DNA of 39,797 bases from Octopus bimaculoides. Its lineage: Eukaryota. Positions 36,317-39,797 of this stretch are shown here, in pieces. The notes under the pieces were generated by a model. That model was not told where the DNA came from and did no database searches. It saw only the letters and a program-made list of their open reading frames with translations. Each line of letters begins with the position of its first letter. Position 1 is the stretch's first letter. The stretch lies in the NCBI RefSeq assembly GCF_001194135.2, contig NC_068998.1, forward strand, positions 21,992,954-22,032,750, read 5' to 3'. The translations under genes and the position numbers were made by a program.

Positions 36317-39246
36317 NNNNNNNNNNNNNNNNNNNNNNNNNNNNNNNNNNNNNNNNNNNNNNNNNNNNNNNNNNNNNNNNNNNNNNNNNNNNNNNNNNNN
36401 NNNNNNNNNNNNNNNNNNNNNNNNNNNNNNNNNNNNNNNNNNNNNNNNNNNNNNNNNNNNNNNNNNNNNNNNNNNNNNNNNNNNNNNNNNNNNNNNNNNN
36501 NNNNNNNNNNNNNNNNNNNNNNNNNNNNNNNNNNNNNNNNNNNNNNNNNNNNNNNNNNNNNNNNNNNNNNNNNNNNNNNNNNNNNNNNNNNNNNNNNNNN
36601 NNNNNNNNNNNNNNNNNNNNNNNNNNNNNNNNNNNNNNNNNNNNNNNNNNNNNNNNNNNNNNNNNNNNNNNNNNNNNNNNNNNNNNNNNNNNNNNNNNNN
36701 NNNNNNNNNNNNNNNNNNNNNNNNNNNNNNNNNNNNNNNNNNNNNNNNNNNNNNNNNNNNNNNNNNNNNNNNNNNNNNNNNNNNNNNNNNNNNNNNNNNN
36801 NNNNNNNNNNNNNNNNNNNNNNNNNNNNNNNNNNNNNNNNNNNNNNNNNNNNNNNNNNNNNNNNNNNNNNNNNNNNNNNNNNNNNNNNNNNNNNNNNNNN
36901 NNNNNNNNNNNNNNNNNNNNNNNNNNNNNNNNNNNNNNNNNNNNNNNNNNNNNNNNNNNNNNNNNNNNNNNNNNNNNNNNNNNNNNNNNNNNNNNNNNNN
37001 NNNNNNNNNNNNNNNNNNNNNNNNNNNNNNNNNNNNNNNNNNNNNNNNNNNNNNNNNNNNNNNNNNNNNNNNNNNNNNNNNNNNNNNNNNNNNNNNNNNN
37101 NNNNNNNNNNNNNNNNNNNNNNNNNNNNNNNNNNNNNNNNNNNNATATATATATATATAGATAGATCTGAATAAGCGTATAGAATAAATAGATAGACAAA
37201 TAAAGGGGTAACAAAAGTACAAAATTTCTAAATTGGGGAGGGGGGAAATTTGAGCCCCTTATTAATCTTTATAACAGTAATAACAGTAAATATTAAACGT
37301 ATTAATGTTTGTTTTTCATAAAATTGTGTATATTTAATTTACATTTAATTATTATTTACGATTATTTAAGGCAAACAAGTAAAACGCAAATTATTTTCAC
37401 TTTTATGTGTTTGTCTATATTTGATTTCGATTTGCATATGTTCGTCAAATCGCTACGATCTGTTTAAGGTAAACAAAATAAAAATTTTAAAGTGTGTGTG
37501 TCGGGGGAGGGGGGATTTGGAAAGGTTTTTTTTTTCATATTCGTAACATCCGACATAGAGTAAACTCTATGCAGTAAATATTTCTAAACGTCTTACATCA
37601 CAAAAGCAAATAAAATTATATCAATTGATCATAAGACTCATACGTGAAGTAAAAATTTCAAAGAGCGTTGACGGTAATTATTGTCTTCGGGCATGCTCAA
37701 TAATATGTAGTCCAGTCTGGAAAACGCTGTAATGTGCATCACTGGGCATGCGTAACAGGACATACAGTGAAACACCTTTTCTGTTAAATATATTACTAAT
37801 GATCTGATACATTGGCAGTAACATCTCTAAAGAGAAAATATCAGGAAATGATAATATAGAAGTGCTTAGGCAAAGCTGCACTGCTTTCTCTGCGAATGAA
37901 TGCTTTATAACCGAACTACGTTATCTATGAACAAAAGTGTGCCTTTGTACGTCTAATATCACTCTGAAAGTAACTTAAATGAAGGACAGGTTGCACTTAT
38001 TGTCTTTAACATACGTCGCATTTGGACCATACAAAAAGTTTTTAATATATATCTATACATACACACTCACATATATATATATACAGAGTTTCACGAACGC
38101 GTTCGTCGGACAGTTTTGATTAGAATGGAGCAAGATAAAGTTATATGCAGCAATAAAATTACTTTGATATGTACACATCTAAAAATGGTTTGGTTTCATT
38201 GGTCCTTTCAACTAACGGTCTTTTACATAACCGGTTGCATGAAATAACAAATTGTGGTTTAAAATCATATTATTATAAAAATCGAAGAAAACCTTAGATA
38301 AAGAAATAGCTTAAGAAGTCAAAATGCCTGAATACCCAGGATAAGTAATTAGCGGTAACAGTAATAATAAATTAATAAATTAAAACATATATCCGTTAAA
38401 AAAAATTCATGCTAAAATACATATACATTTTAACTTATATCTTTCCGTTATCATGTGCAGAACGACGTGTGATTGGAACGATTTGAGCAATAAGTTTGAA
38501 GTAAGGAGAACCAAATTCAATAAATATGAATACACATACGAAACAATATATAATACACGTATATACACTAAACATACGCACAAAACTTCCTGGCGTATGC
38601 TTATACAACTTCGTTGCTACAGGCAAAAGAAAGGAAAGGAAAAAATCAAATAACAAGGTGGGGAGAAAGAGAAGAGAAAAAGGAGATAAAGAACTAAAAG
38701 TAAAAGAAACAGAAAATTAGAGAGAAAAACGGGAAAACAGATAGAGGTAGAGAGAGTGAAATGATTGGCATTCGAATAAATATCTAACCAAAGTTAGATA
38801 CTACGTCCAGCTTGCGAAACGCGCACATATAACAACGCACATATAAAATTAATAGAAACATACATACAAAAACACACACATGCACACACATATATACACA
38901 CGCGTACAAATATACAAATAAGTAGTGCGCATATATACAAACAAATATGTGAGCACATTGATGCTTATACGAACGCCAATCATTTTCAATTGTGTATCTA
39001 TCAAAGTTATTGTATTTCTCCATATAACTTTATCTTGCACCATTCTGAGCAAATCTGTCCGACGAACGGAAACGTGAAACTCTGAGTAACAGCTTTTGTG
39101 ATACTTGTGCTGCTTTTTAATGAAGCATATTACTCTACTCCCGGTATTCGAGTACTATTTTTCCACCATGTTTGGCATTTATGTATATACATACACACAC
39201 ACTCACATATTTAGGTATGTAGGTATGTATATATATATGTATGTAT

Positions 39247-39312
<66 letters not shown>
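39247..39312. repeat. (GT)n microsatellite
   Basis: Visible. Confidence 0.98.
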
Positions 39313-39315
<3 letters not shown>

Positions 39316-39757
39316 ATCGTGTATATATAAGGTTTTTCAGATTTCTGAAAAGAAGAAACATAGGTATAAATATTCTTCTGCGTATCGAAAATTCATACTT
39401 CGGTGTATTTACGAACTATCCGTTATGTACCTGCCTTCCCGATATACGTGTGTGCCTATGTATATCTAGGTTTATTTATTTGTTTTGCGGGATTCCTGAT
39501 GTAATATCGTGTGTTGAAACAGATATTATTACCTTTCAGCTACACTCCATCCCCTCCGTTCCCTCCCGTTCTGAATGCAACCCGTGGAATGGAGAGTCTC
39601 TCAACAGATTGAAGGATGTGTGACGAAACATTCCAGACACAGAACACTAAGATAAAAACAATAGTAATGGTAAAAGGAAGAGCGAAATTCTGGTGCATGT
39701 GTTTGTTTTGCCAAAAAATGACCATACTGAAATATAGCAATATAAATATACATATAT

Positions 39758-39797
<40 letters not shown>

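Noticed and set aside
37660-37730. VDGNYCLRACSII resembling an OTU-like DGNC motif
   Set aside because: Very short, stops after about 20 codons, no supporting context

Overview
AT-rich, microsatellite-dense eukaryotic intronic or intergenic DNA with 8 assembly gaps. The SINE families and repeat landscape point to a coleoid cephalopod, probably Octopus (inferred from recalled consensus, no search run). No intact protein-coding gene can be supported; nearly all ORFs in the supplied track are microsatellite or N artefacts, or decayed transposon fragments. Recognisable content: three mariner transposase relics, two Penelope-like retroelement (PLE) relics, an R4/Dong-like RLE non-LTR relic with an internal inversion and an inserted solo-LTR-like element, several tRNA-type SINE copies and a 243-bp inverted-repeat element. 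The most notable feature is a tandem array of ~345-355-bp units at 35.3-36.3 kb. The two complete units and an adjacent inverted partial copy each carry a type I hammerhead ribozyme fold with compensatory stem changes, and the array ends about at the predicted self-cleavage site. This fits a non-LTR retrozyme (circRNA-forming, non-autonomous retroelement) family. A second, unrelated, degenerate minimal hammerhead lies at ~27.6 kb.
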